Shown: piece by piece, positions 37,864 through 46,458 of the stretch | How the letters are laid out: each line of letters opens with the position of its first letter | Numbering within the stretch: position 1 is the stretch's first letter | Source of the DNA: Spirochaetia bacterium | GTDB taxonomy: Bacteria; Spirochaetota; Spirochaetia; CADAEX01 | Length of the DNA: 64,000 nt | NCBI GenBank assembly: GCA_045606105.1 | Contig: JAZURI010000002.1 | Coordinates: 1-64,000, forward strand | Direction: 5' to 3' | Made by a program: the position numbers and the translations under genes | Notes under the pieces: generated by a model | The model's database searches: none | What the model was told of the DNA's origin: nothing | Seen by the model: the letters and a program-made list of their open reading frames with translations, nothing else

Positions 37864-39697
37864 AAGACTTTTTGAAATTTACATATCTGCATTTCTTCTC
37901 ATTCTCCTGGCCGGTATTCCCACCGTGGAAATCATAGTCAGGAAATTTTTCCATATCGGAATAAAGGGGGGATACGAGTATACACGGCACATCGTGCTCT
38001 GGCTGACCCTTCTGGGAGGTGCACTCAACTCCTATTCCGGAAGTCATATGAAAATCGAGTTCGGTACAAAGCTGCTTCCGGAAAAATGTATTCCGGCAGC
38101 CCGGCTCTTTTCCCTTTTTACCGTAATCTTTGTTTCGGCAACTTTTCTTCTGATATCATTTTCCTTTGTCAGCATAGGCTTTACCCCGGAGGACAGGATT
38201 GGGGTTATCAGCACCAGGCTTGCGGTAGCCATAATGCCGGCAGGATTCCTTCTCATGATTATCCGTTCCCTGCAGTCCTTCGGAAAGGACGGGGGACGGG
38301 CTGTTATAGCGGTACTGGCTTTGGCTGCCGGTCTTTACGTTTCCATGTCCCCGGTTGTAAACCTGCTTTCTTTCTATACGGAGGTTCCGTCTTGGATGTG
38401 GAACCTGTCTGACAGCTCCGTAGCTTTTGTTGCGGGAAGCAAGGCTCTTCTCATTGTGATACTTATAGCTGCCGGTCTTCTGGGAGCTCCTATTTTTTCA
38501 GTTATCGGCGGTATTGCATATCTTCTCATAACTGCCTCAGGCACCTTTGCCGAAACAGCAGCCAACGAATTCTATACAATGATCATCAGCAATACTGTAC
38601 CGGCAATTCCTCTTTTCACCCTTACAGGTTTCATTCTTTCGGAAAGCAGGGCAGGAACCCGTCTTATCAGGGCTTTCAATGCCTTCTTCGGATGGATGCC
38701 GGGCGGTATCATAATTGCAGCCGTAATTATCTGTGCCTTTTTTACAGTCTTTACAGGAGCCTCCGGTGTTACCATACTGGCCATGGGCGGTCTTCTTGCC
38801 ATAGTACTGGAAAAAAGCGGTATTGACGAGAAATACAGGACAGGTCTTCTCTGTTCAGCCGGAAGCATCGGACTTCTCTTCCCGCCGAGTCTTCCTCTCA
38901 TACTTTACGGAATCATAGCACAGCTTGATATAAAGGCCCTTTTTGTGGGAGGTATCATTCCAGGTATACTGCTGGTTATTTCCCTTATCATTACCGGTTT
39001 TATCTACATATCGAAGCACAAGATTGAAATAATCAAGCCGTCCGTGTCTGAATGTGTTATCAGCTTCCGGGACTGCTTCTGGGAGATTCTTCTTCCGTTC
39101 ATTATCATCATTTCATATTTTTCAGGCCTTACAACACTGGTTGAAACCGGAGCTGTGGCTGTAGTATACACAATGCTGGTGGAGTTCGTGATAAAGAAGG
39201 AGCTTCATCTCAGGGATCTCTTTACAATTGCAGGTAAAAGCGTTCCTATCATAGCCGGTATTCTTGTTATCCTGGGAATGTCCAAGGTTCTTTCATATTA
39301 CATGATTGATGAGATGATACCTCAGCGCTTCAGCGAATGGATTACAATGCATATCCATTCAAAGATCCTGTTTCTCTTCCTGCTGAACATTGCTCTCCTG
39401 GTGGTGGGATGCTTCATGGATATTTTCTCGGCCATCATGGTTGTGGTTCCGCTGATTATTCCGCTGGGTGAGATTTTCGGAATAAATCCGGTTCATCTCG
39501 GTATCATTTTCCTTGCAAACCTGGAGCTGGGATATATAACTCCTCCGGTGGGTCTCAATCTTTTTCTTGCCAGCTACCGGTTCAATGTTCCTCTTGAAAA
39601 AATCTACAGGGCAGTGGTACCGTTTTTCCTGATCATGCTTGTAACAGTGTTTGTCATTACCTATGTGCCGGGATTTACCACCTGCTTTCTGAAGTAA
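37844..39697 (+). CDS. TRAP transporter fused small/large permease (DctQ-M)
   Basis: N-terminal 4TM part, then AIPLF, GSIGLLFPPS and GYITPPVGLNLF DctM motifs. Confidence 0.9.
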   Translation: MNTEKSKRLFEIYISAFLLILLAGIPTVEIIVRKFFHIGIKGGYEYTRHIVLWLTLLGGALNSYSGSHMKIEFGTKLLPEKCIPAARLFSLFTVIFVSATFLLISFSFVSIGFTPEDRIGVISTRLAVAIMPAGFLLMIIRSLQSFGKDGGRAVIAVLALAAGLYVSMSPVVNLLSFYTEVPSWMWNLSDSSVAFVAGSKALLIVILIAAGLLGAPIFSVIGGIAYLLITASGTFAETAANEFYTMIISNTVPAIPLFTLTGFILSESRAGTRLIRAFNAFFGWMPGGIIIAAVIICAFFTVFTGASGVTILAMGGLLAIVLEKSGIDEKYRTGLLCSAGSIGLLFPPSLPLILYGIIAQLDIKALFVGGIIPGILLVISLIITGFIYISKHKIEIIKPSVSECVISFRDCFWEILLPFIIIISYFSGLTTLVETGAVAVVYTMLVEFVIKKELHLRDLFTIAGKSVPIIAGILVILGMSKVLSYYMIDEMIPQRFSEWITMHIHSKILFLFLLNIALLVVGCFMDIFSAIMVVVPLIIPLGEIFGINPVHLGIIFLANLELGYITPPVGLNLFLASYRFNVPLEKIYRAVVPFFLIMLVTVFVITYVPGFTTCFLK

Positions 39698-40558
39698 TCA
39701 GAGCTTTTTCAGAAAATCCACGAAAATATTGGTCAGAGCAGTCTGTGCATAAGGGGAAAGAGAGGTATATTCCGTTTCCAGCAGGTTGAACATCTGCCGT
39801 TCCAGAACCTCAAGATCCTTTTCGGAAACCGGTATTTTCTGGTCTATGAGCGAAGACTCTATTCCCTTGTCCTTGATAATGGAATCGCCCCAGTTACCTA
39901 TGGCAAACTTGCACATGGAAACGCTGTTCTTGAAGGTGTTGGCAATACCGTAGAAGCAGATTTTCTTGTCCGCATCCTTGATTTCCTTGAAGATGGTGAC
40001 ATCATAATTCTCGTACGGAATCCTGATTCTTGAGATGACCTCTCCGCTTGCAAGCTCCATCTCCCCATCCTTGAAAAACTGCTGTACCGGGATGACTTTC
40101 TTTGTTCCGGCCGCAATTGATGAGCTGATTTCCAGCTTTGCATTCAGAAGTGACAGAACGGTGAACACATTGTTCCTGATGTCAGGTTTGCATATAATCC
40201 CACCCAGGGTAACAATGTTGCGTACATTGGGAAGGGCACACCCTTTCAGGGCCTTCAGGAGAAGCACCGGCAGGGCATTCTGTCCCTTCTGTATAAGATG
40301 ATTGACAGTAACCTCCGTTCCGATATCGAAGTAGCGTTCACCCCTTTTCATCTGGAGAAGCTCTTCTATGAACCCCATATAGATATAGTGCTGAATGATA
40401 CTGTCATTGTCACCGACGTATACAGAACGAATTTCGGTAAAGTTGATATCATCAAAATAGAGACGGTAATTTTTAATGCTTTTCATTATCTTGAAAAGCT
40501 CAGGAAGGTTCTTTGGGCTGTAATAATAAATCTTGGAGTTATTTTTTACCGGAACCAT
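39698..40558 (-). CDS. Divergent xanthine-dehydrogenase-family FAD-binding-like subunit
   Basis: YYSPKNLPE N-terminus and VRNIVTLGGII (equivalent to IRNxATxGGN) plus GEVISRIRIP. The usual AGGT loop is absent. Confidence 0.75.
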   Translation of the reverse strand: MVPVKNNSKIYYYSPKNLPELFKIMKSIKNYRLYFDDINFTEIRSVYVGDNDSIIQHYIYMGFIEELLQMKRGERYFDIGTEVTVNHLIQKGQNALPVLLLKALKGCALPNVRNIVTLGGIICKPDIRNNVFTVLSLLNAKLEISSSIAAGTKKVIPVQQFFKDGEMELASGEVISRIRIPYENYDVTIFKEIKDADKKICFYGIANTFKNSVSMCKFAIGNWGDSIIKDKGIESSLIDQKIPVSEKDLEVLERQMFNLLETEYTSLSPYAQTALTNIFVDFLKKL

Positions 40559-41027
40559 TCTTACCTCTCTTTATGGCACTTGCTGCCAGCCTGATTCCCT
40601 CTGTCATGGAATTGTGATCGGTACAGCTGCAGCTGTTTCCCGACATTGCTTCCAGGATATCCTTTTTTTCCGGCTTTGTATTGCTTTTCAGGAAGGCATA
40701 GATGGTTATCATCTTGCCGTTGTGGCAGAAGTCACAGAATCTGCATCCATAGGCATCCAGCACCTTGGAAACTATTTCAAATTCGGGAGTCTCTTCTATC
40801 CATTCATAGGTAAAGATTTCTGAATTGCTGACACTGAACATGCTGATCATGCATGCAGGTACCGGCAGATTGTTCCTGAGCACGGTGCATCCTCCGCAGC
40901 GGCCGGTGTTGCAGCATTCATTTACGGAATAGTATCCGAACTCCTTTCTCAGTACATCTGAAAGCTTTTTACCGGGATCTGTATTGAGCTTTATATTTCT
41001 GTTATTGAGCTTGAATTCTATTATCAT
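40539..41027 (-). CDS. Xanthine-dehydrogenase-family 2x[2Fe-2S] small subunit
   Basis: CNTGRCGGCTV...PAC and CDFC...GNSCSCT, with all eight cluster Cys present. Confidence 0.88.
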   Translation of the reverse strand: MIIEFKLNNRNIKLNTDPGKKLSDVLRKEFGYYSVNECCNTGRCGGCTVLRNNLPVPACMISMFSVSNSEIFTYEWIEETPEFEIVSKVLDAYGCRFCDFCHNGKMITIYAFLKSNTKPEKKDILEAMSGNSCSCTDHNSMTEGIRLAASAIKRGKNGSGKK

Positions 41028-42982
41028 GAGTTCTCCATTTTTCTGTAGATGTACTCAGGTGAAATAGGGAAAGAGGAAACCATCTTTCCTATGGCCTGGG
41101 AGACGGCACTGCTGTATGCGGCCGGTATGATGGCAAAGGGAAGATCCCCGCAGGAATGTATATCATCGGTTTTTCTGCTGTTTATGAGACTGACGGATAT
41201 GGGAACATAGAAATCCTCCCTGTTCTTTGTAGTCCAGGCAATGCTGTTTACTACCTGCTTGTAAAGGGATTTTTTCATAAGATCCTCATTGTTCTTGGCA
41301 CCGCAGTCAAAGCAGGTCCATACCGATTCTATTATCGGTGTATAAGTGGACATATCCATTGATATCTCAACTACGGCTGCACCCCATGATATGGTATTCA
41401 TAAGCTCGTTGGGGTTAATGGATTTCGAGAACTCAAAAGGAAGTGGTACATTTATTCTCTTTTCCTGTAATGTTTTACAGCATTTCTTGACAAGCTCTGT
41501 AACTCCGGTTGTCATTCCTCCCAGAAGATCCGGTGCAGAATCCCTGTTAAGATCGGTGTGGTGAGGACCTATGAAAACTTCATCAAGTCCCGTTTCCTTT
41601 TTTATTATGCTTTCCCAGAGCTCATAGCTGAGGAACTGCTGCGGTACCGTTCCGGTAGAGAAGGTGACCTGCCAGTTGTCATTCAGCTGCATATGACCGG
41701 TAAAGTCGATGCAGAGCTTTTTGTTGAAGTCGGCATCATTCTTGAAATAGGCAATGGCAAGACCGATTCCCCGATGATAGGACCTGTCCTCGATTCCCGC
41801 CTCACGGTTCTTCTTTGCCAGCTCGTAGGAATAGTATTTTCTTCTGAAGTCGGAGCTTCTGGCAACATTAGCCACGATATTGCTTACGATATGTGAATGC
41901 TCCTCATCCACATTTTCGCATCTCCATTCGTCCGGTCCCAGCTCCCTTTCCGAAATTATGGCATTTATATGGTTTTCGGTAGCTATGAAAAGCTGCATGA
42001 AATTCGGGCCTGTAATGAAGGACATTGGCGGCATGCTGGTCTTGATAAGCCGCTGGGTGATGTTGATCTTGGAGCATTTATATCCGCCCAGGATTATTTT
42101 CAGGGAATTATCCATCACCTCCTGGCTGAAAACTGGATATGCCCCTGCATTGATGTCGATATTTACATCGCATTCCACAATCCTGTCTGTTTCCTTGAGC
42201 ACGGTGGTCCTGTATTTTATCCTGAACGGATACTGGGCCGGAACACAGCTCAGGGCCTCTTCCCTGGACAGGAAGAACTTGACGGAACGACCTGTCTTTT
42301 TTGCCACTACGGCGGCAATGGCCGCATGATAGGAGGGAAACCAGAGTCTCCCTTCAAGAGGGGACGGAATATCCATGACCTTTACCACAACATTGGTCTT
42401 GTCCACACCCATGATATCGGCCACGGTATCCCTTACATGGTCGGGCCACTGGGTTGCGGCAAATACCTTTATCATGTTTCCGAAAACATTTATGACTACA
42501 CCCAGCTGGTCATTGTACTCAAGCTTGTAGGCAAGACCGTCGGTTTCAGTCTCCACGGTGTAGAGCATATCTTCGGGAAATTCCTCATCGATATATGTCC
42601 AGGTGGATTTTCTCTCCTTCAGTATCTGTTCAGGAGTATATTCTCCGTCAAAGAAAAGAGGGGTGCTGGGATGATATTCGGTATTGATGCTGTCCAGGAT
42701 ATGGTTTACATCCTTCTCGCTTTCCGCCGCCACAATGAATACAGGCTGGTTCTGGAAGCTTACATGGTTGTCGCAGAGAAGGGGAACTGAGTTTCCCATA
42801 ACATTTATCTCGTTCTTCTCAAGATCCTCGTGAGAAAAAATATAACTGTTGTCGGGAAGATTTTCCGGGAGTCCCTTTTCGGTGATTTCTCCCTTGATGA
42901 TATCTGCCCTGAAAAGAGAGACATTTAGATAATTGACCAGGTTAAGGTCGTTGATAAAGATATCCGAATTTTCCAAAGGCAC
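41024..42982 (-). CDS. Degenerate xanthine-dehydrogenase-family molybdopterin-binding-like large subunit
   Basis: Hammerhead N-terminus (QPVFIVAAE), ATQWP, TGRSVK...SREE and HRGIGLA. Moco motifs are eroded. GTG start after AAGGA. Confidence 0.8.
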   Translation of the reverse strand: MPLENSDIFINDLNLVNYLNVSLFRADIIKGEITEKGLPENLPDNSYIFSHEDLEKNEINVMGNSVPLLCDNHVSFQNQPVFIVAAESEKDVNHILDSINTEYHPSTPLFFDGEYTPEQILKERKSTWTYIDEEFPEDMLYTVETETDGLAYKLEYNDQLGVVINVFGNMIKVFAATQWPDHVRDTVADIMGVDKTNVVVKVMDIPSPLEGRLWFPSYHAAIAAVVAKKTGRSVKFFLSREEALSCVPAQYPFRIKYRTTVLKETDRIVECDVNIDINAGAYPVFSQEVMDNSLKIILGGYKCSKINITQRLIKTSMPPMSFITGPNFMQLFIATENHINAIISERELGPDEWRCENVDEEHSHIVSNIVANVARSSDFRRKYYSYELAKKNREAGIEDRSYHRGIGLAIAYFKNDADFNKKLCIDFTGHMQLNDNWQVTFSTGTVPQQFLSYELWESIIKKETGLDEVFIGPHHTDLNRDSAPDLLGGMTTGVTELVKKCCKTLQEKRINVPLPFEFSKSINPNELMNTISWGAAVVEISMDMSTYTPIIESVWTCFDCGAKNNEDLMKKSLYKQVVNSIAWTTKNREDFYVPISVSLINSRKTDDIHSCGDLPFAIIPAAYSSAVSQAIGKMVSSFPISPEYIYRKMENS

Positions 42983-42987
42983 TTCCT

Positions 42988-43491
42988 TTACTGTTTTTTG
43001 TCAATCAGCTCAAAGCTGAAATCTATGAGAAATGCATTTTTATACATGCTCAGGCTGACCTTTGCCCTTCTTTTCCTTTTGTCAACCTTGACTATAAGCC
43101 CTTCAAGCCCTTTAAGCGGACCATCCAGTACCTCTATCTTATCATTTTCATTGAAAATTACAAAGGATTTTCTTATTGTTCTTCCATATCTTGTCAGCTG
43201 GAATATTATACGCTTTTCTTCATCCGGCAAAGGGAAAATATCTGAATTGCTTCTGAGAAAATGGCAGAAAAAAGGGATTTTCCTCAATTTACAGCAGGTG
43301 TCATCGTCAATTTCCTCAGACTCCAGGAAAACATATCCGGGAAAAACCGGGACTTCGGCAGTAGTGCTTTTTCCCTGTTTCCTTATGGTGAGCTCTCTCT
43401 GAGGAACAAACAGATTCAGTCCCAGCGGTTCTGCCAGCCTGATAAACTGCTTTTCCTTTCCTGTGAGTATCTGCAAGACAAAAATATTCAT
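42988..43491 (-). CDS. loaP: NusG paralogue, LoaP-type antiterminator
   Basis: NGN domain (TGKEK, VFPGYVFL) and KOW domain (GPLKGLEG) with the Arg/Lys-rich KVDKRKRRAK segment typical of LoaP. Not in a secE-rplK context. Confidence 0.8.
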   Translation of the reverse strand: MNIFVLQILTGKEKQFIRLAEPLGLNLFVPQRELTIRKQGKSTTAEVPVFPGYVFLESEEIDDDTCCKLRKIPFFCHFLRSNSDIFPLPDEEKRIIFQLTRYGRTIRKSFVIFNENDKIEVLDGPLKGLEGLIVKVDKRKRRAKVSLSMYKNAFLIDFSFELIDKKQ

Positions 43492-43498
43492 CACTTTA

Positions 43499-43527
43499 AT
43501 AATAACCCTAAATTTGAAGCAGAACAA
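43499..43527 (-). promoter_or_regulatory. Putative promoter of loaP giving a leaderless transcript
   Basis: Minus strand: TTGTTC-17-TATTAT-7 nt-ATG. Confidence 0.55.
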
Positions 43528-43550
43528 GGTTTATTTCCCGTTTAATCAGT

Positions 43551-44828
43551 ATGTTGAGGTATATTTTTACTTTGCTGCTGCTTCTGGTCTCCATTCCCAT
43601 CCATTCCATGCCGGAGAAGGCTGAAATCAGGTCCTTCGGTTCCACTGAGGGGATAAGCAGACGAAGGCTCTATATTGAGGATGAGGATATAAAACTCTCT
43701 GTGGTCAGGTCTGAAAAGAAGGGTGAGGAGTACAGCTCGCTTTCCTTTGTCTCCCCGGTCCTTGGACTGGGAAAGCTGAAGACCAGGGGGCTGTTTACCG
43801 AAATTCTGAATCCATGCGGTTACGGACCCGATACAGATGTCTTTACGGAGGAGGGAAAGCTGGTTTTTGACAAGGGAATGACAGAAAGCGGAAAATACGG
43901 CATGTATGCAAAGCCCTTTGGAAGCCTGACTTTCTTTACCCTGGGAACATCCCAGGAGCCGGAAATCAGGGGTCTGCATGCCTGTGCCGGCAACAATTGG
44001 TTCCGTCTTGAGGCATTATATGAAAATTCCGACCCTGTACAGAATGCCGGAAGCAGCTATTATCTTAAAAACACAGTCCATAATGAAAAATGTACTCTCA
44101 GCAATTCTGCCCTGAAGCTTGATATAGCCCATGATTTCTTTATGTTTTCATCTGTTACCGCCCTGTCATCGGGGAGCTACATGAATTCAGGGCTGTATAA
44201 CCGGGAATTTGCAGCCATTTTTCTCGGAAACAGGGCAGAAATAGATATTTCCTTTTCAGGCTGTACGGAAAATTATATTGCCCCCTTGGGTAAATTGCCT
44301 GTCTCCAGGTACAGATACGGAATCAGTACCCTTGTTTATCCCTTTCCGTTCATGAGCCTTTCAGGGAAAATGTGTACCGATTTCAGACCTCCCGATTTCA
44401 AGGATGAGCTTTACAACGATTTTGTCAGGGAATGGATGCTTAAAACCGTGATAGATGTCCGGAATTTCAGACTGAAGCTGAGCTGGGAACGGGAGGATAT
44501 TTTTGAAAACACCGGCGAAGAGAATGAAAAGAGTGTTGCTGCATCAGGCTTGTCCTACGACAACGGACTTCTTTATCTTGCCTTCAGCTGTAAGCTTTAT
44601 ATGGAAAACGGCGGTGAGACAAGAAAGGGAACCGACAGTACATTGAAGCTGGACTTTGATAAGATAAGGCTTTCCGCAGGCTGGAAAAGGGATGTCCGGG
44701 AAAAAATAACAGATACATTCTCCCAGGAGCTGACTCTTGTAAACAGAAATTTTGAGCTGAAGCTTGATCATGATAAAATAACAGGGGAGTGCTCCACATT
44801 TTCTGTGACGGCAGAAATATCTTATTGA
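43551..44828 (+). CDS. Exported hypothetical protein, candidate outer-membrane beta-barrel
   Basis: N-terminal signal peptide, many alternating amphipathic segments, and C-terminus FSVTAEISY. Confidence 0.6.
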   Translation: MLRYIFTLLLLLVSIPIHSMPEKAEIRSFGSTEGISRRRLYIEDEDIKLSVVRSEKKGEEYSSLSFVSPVLGLGKLKTRGLFTEILNPCGYGPDTDVFTEEGKLVFDKGMTESGKYGMYAKPFGSLTFFTLGTSQEPEIRGLHACAGNNWFRLEALYENSDPVQNAGSSYYLKNTVHNEKCTLSNSALKLDIAHDFFMFSSVTALSSGSYMNSGLYNREFAAIFLGNRAEIDISFSGCTENYIAPLGKLPVSRYRYGISTLVYPFPFMSLSGKMCTDFRPPDFKDELYNDFVREWMLKTVIDVRNFRLKLSWEREDIFENTGEENEKSVAASGLSYDNGLLYLAFSCKLYMENGGETRKGTDSTLKLDFDKIRLSAGWKRDVREKITDTFSQELTLVNRNFELKLDHDKITGECSTFSVTAEISY

Positions 44829-44868
44829 ATTTTTGAATGAATGAATGTATCATTATTTCAGAGGTAAT

Positions 44869-46458
44869 ATGAGTAATAATACATTTAAAGGACGCAGTTT
44901 TACTGTAATTGACGATTTCTCCTTTGACGAGAAAATGTATCTTTTCAGAAAGGCCCGTGAGCTTAAGGAGCTTCTCAGGAACAATGACAAGGCTGCACTG
45001 GAAAAATTCAGAATTAATGACAGCGATTTCGGAATCTACGAGGTATTCATCGAGGACAGTACCAGAACCAAGGAATCCTTCAAGAATGCGGCAGAATTCC
45101 ACAGAGTCAAGCTTTCAAACCTTGATACCTCCCATTCTTCCATAAACAAGCAGGAAAGCTTTGCCGATACCTTCAACACCCTTTCAGGCTACGACAACAA
45201 CATCTTTATCGTAAGGAGCCGTCAGGAGGGTCTCTGCAGATGGCTGGAGGAGAACGGACGCAATTATGCCGAAAGGAACAATCTCCCCATTCCCCCTGCA
45301 TTCATAAATGCCGGCGACGGTAAGCACGAGCATCCTACCCAGGAACTGCTGGATGATTTTACCTTCCTTGAGCACAACAACTGGGATACAGCTTCCATAC
45401 ATATTGCCCTGGTGGGTGACCTTTATCACGGAAGAACGGTACATTCAAAGGCTGACGGCCTGAAAATCTTCGATAATGTAACCATAGACCTTATAGCACC
45501 GCCGGAACTGGCCATGCCGGAATTCTACTATGACAAGATGATCCAGAACGGATTCAGGCTCAATACATACAGCTCCATAGAGGAATACCTTGAAAAGGGT
45601 TCAGTGGCAAAAATCTGGTACTTTACCAGACCTCAGCTTGAAAGGATGGGAGATGCGGTACTCAAGAAGCAGGAAATACTGAGAGACAGCATCACCTTCA
45701 GAGAAGCCTTCATGGACAAGCTGCCGGAGGGAACAATATTCTATCATCCGCTTCCGAGACACAAGGTTTATCCTACAATTCCTACATTCCTGGATACCAC
45801 CCCTCTCAACGGATGGGAAAACCAGTCCATAAACGGAAAGATAGTCAGAATTATCCTTCTCGGACTTATTGCGGGAAAGATCGGAGATGATTTTACCGGA
45901 GAGGTGCAGTACAGACATGCGGCTGAGGATTCAGAGGACTTCATAGTTCCAATGCCTATACATCATAACGCACCTATCAAGGATTGCTCCGAAGGGGTTA
46001 AGCCTATTTCAAACGGTCTTGTCATCGACCACATCTTCAGGGGCAGAAGCGAAAGCGAAATCCGCGAACAGCTCGGAAGGATTATCCGTCTGCTGAAGCT
46101 TTACGGCAAGGGCGGTGAGTGGGTAACCTCATCAAGGGCTGAACCGGGAATGATGAAAGGAATCATATTCCGTCCCGATCACGGTGAATTCGGTATCAAG
46201 AACCTGAAAAGGCTTGCTTCCCTGGCACCGGGATGTACCGTCAATGTCATTGAGAACAGGAAGGTAATCAAGAAGCTGAAGCTTCATATGCCTCCTAAGA
46301 TCTATAATTTCGACGATATTGAATGCAGCAATCCTGACTGTATCAGCAACCATGAGCAGGGAGAGAATATTCCGTCCGAATTCTACAAGACTGCAGATGA
46401 CAAATTTGTCTGCAAGTACTGTGAAAAAATTCATACCTTCATGGAAATCTGGAAATAA
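44869..46458 (+). CDS. pyrB: Aspartate carbamoyltransferase, fused catalytic + regulatory chains (PyrBI)
   Basis: STRT, NAGDGKHEHPTQ, GDL..GRTVHS and HPLP, followed by PyrI-type GLVIDHI and the Zn motif CSNPDCIS...CKYCE. Start at 44869 after GAGGT. Upstream TTGAAT-17-TATCAT. Confidence 0.95.
   Translation: MSNNTFKGRSFTVIDDFSFDEKMYLFRKARELKELLRNNDKAALEKFRINDSDFGIYEVFIEDSTRTKESFKNAAEFHRVKLSNLDTSHSSINKQESFADTFNTLSGYDNNIFIVRSRQEGLCRWLEENGRNYAERNNLPIPPAFINAGDGKHEHPTQELLDDFTFLEHNNWDTASIHIALVGDLYHGRTVHSKADGLKIFDNVTIDLIAPPELAMPEFYYDKMIQNGFRLNTYSSIEEYLEKGSVAKIWYFTRPQLERMGDAVLKKQEILRDSITFREAFMDKLPEGTIFYHPLPRHKVYPTIPTFLDTTPLNGWENQSINGKIVRIILLGLIAGKIGDDFTGEVQYRHAAEDSEDFIVPMPIHHNAPIKDCSEGVKPISNGLVIDHIFRGRSESEIREQLGRIIRLLKLYGKGGEWVTSSRAEPGMMKGIIFRPDHGEFGIKNLKRLASLAPGCTVNVIENRKVIKKLKLHMPPKIYNFDDIECSNPDCISNHEQGENIPSEFYKTADDKFVCKYCEKIHTFMEIWK

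Noticed and set aside
41897-42790. 297-aa plus-strand ORF antisense to the XDH-like large subunit
   Set aside because: No recognisable domain or RBS. It mirrors the minus-strand frame that carries clear XDH homology.
39698-42982. Annotation as an active xanthine dehydrogenase, a selenoprotein, or a pseudogene cluster
   Set aside because: The catalytic Glu and Moco loops are absent and there is no in-frame TGA, yet the ORFs are uninterrupted and coupled. Neither the active-enzyme nor the pseudogene label is supported.
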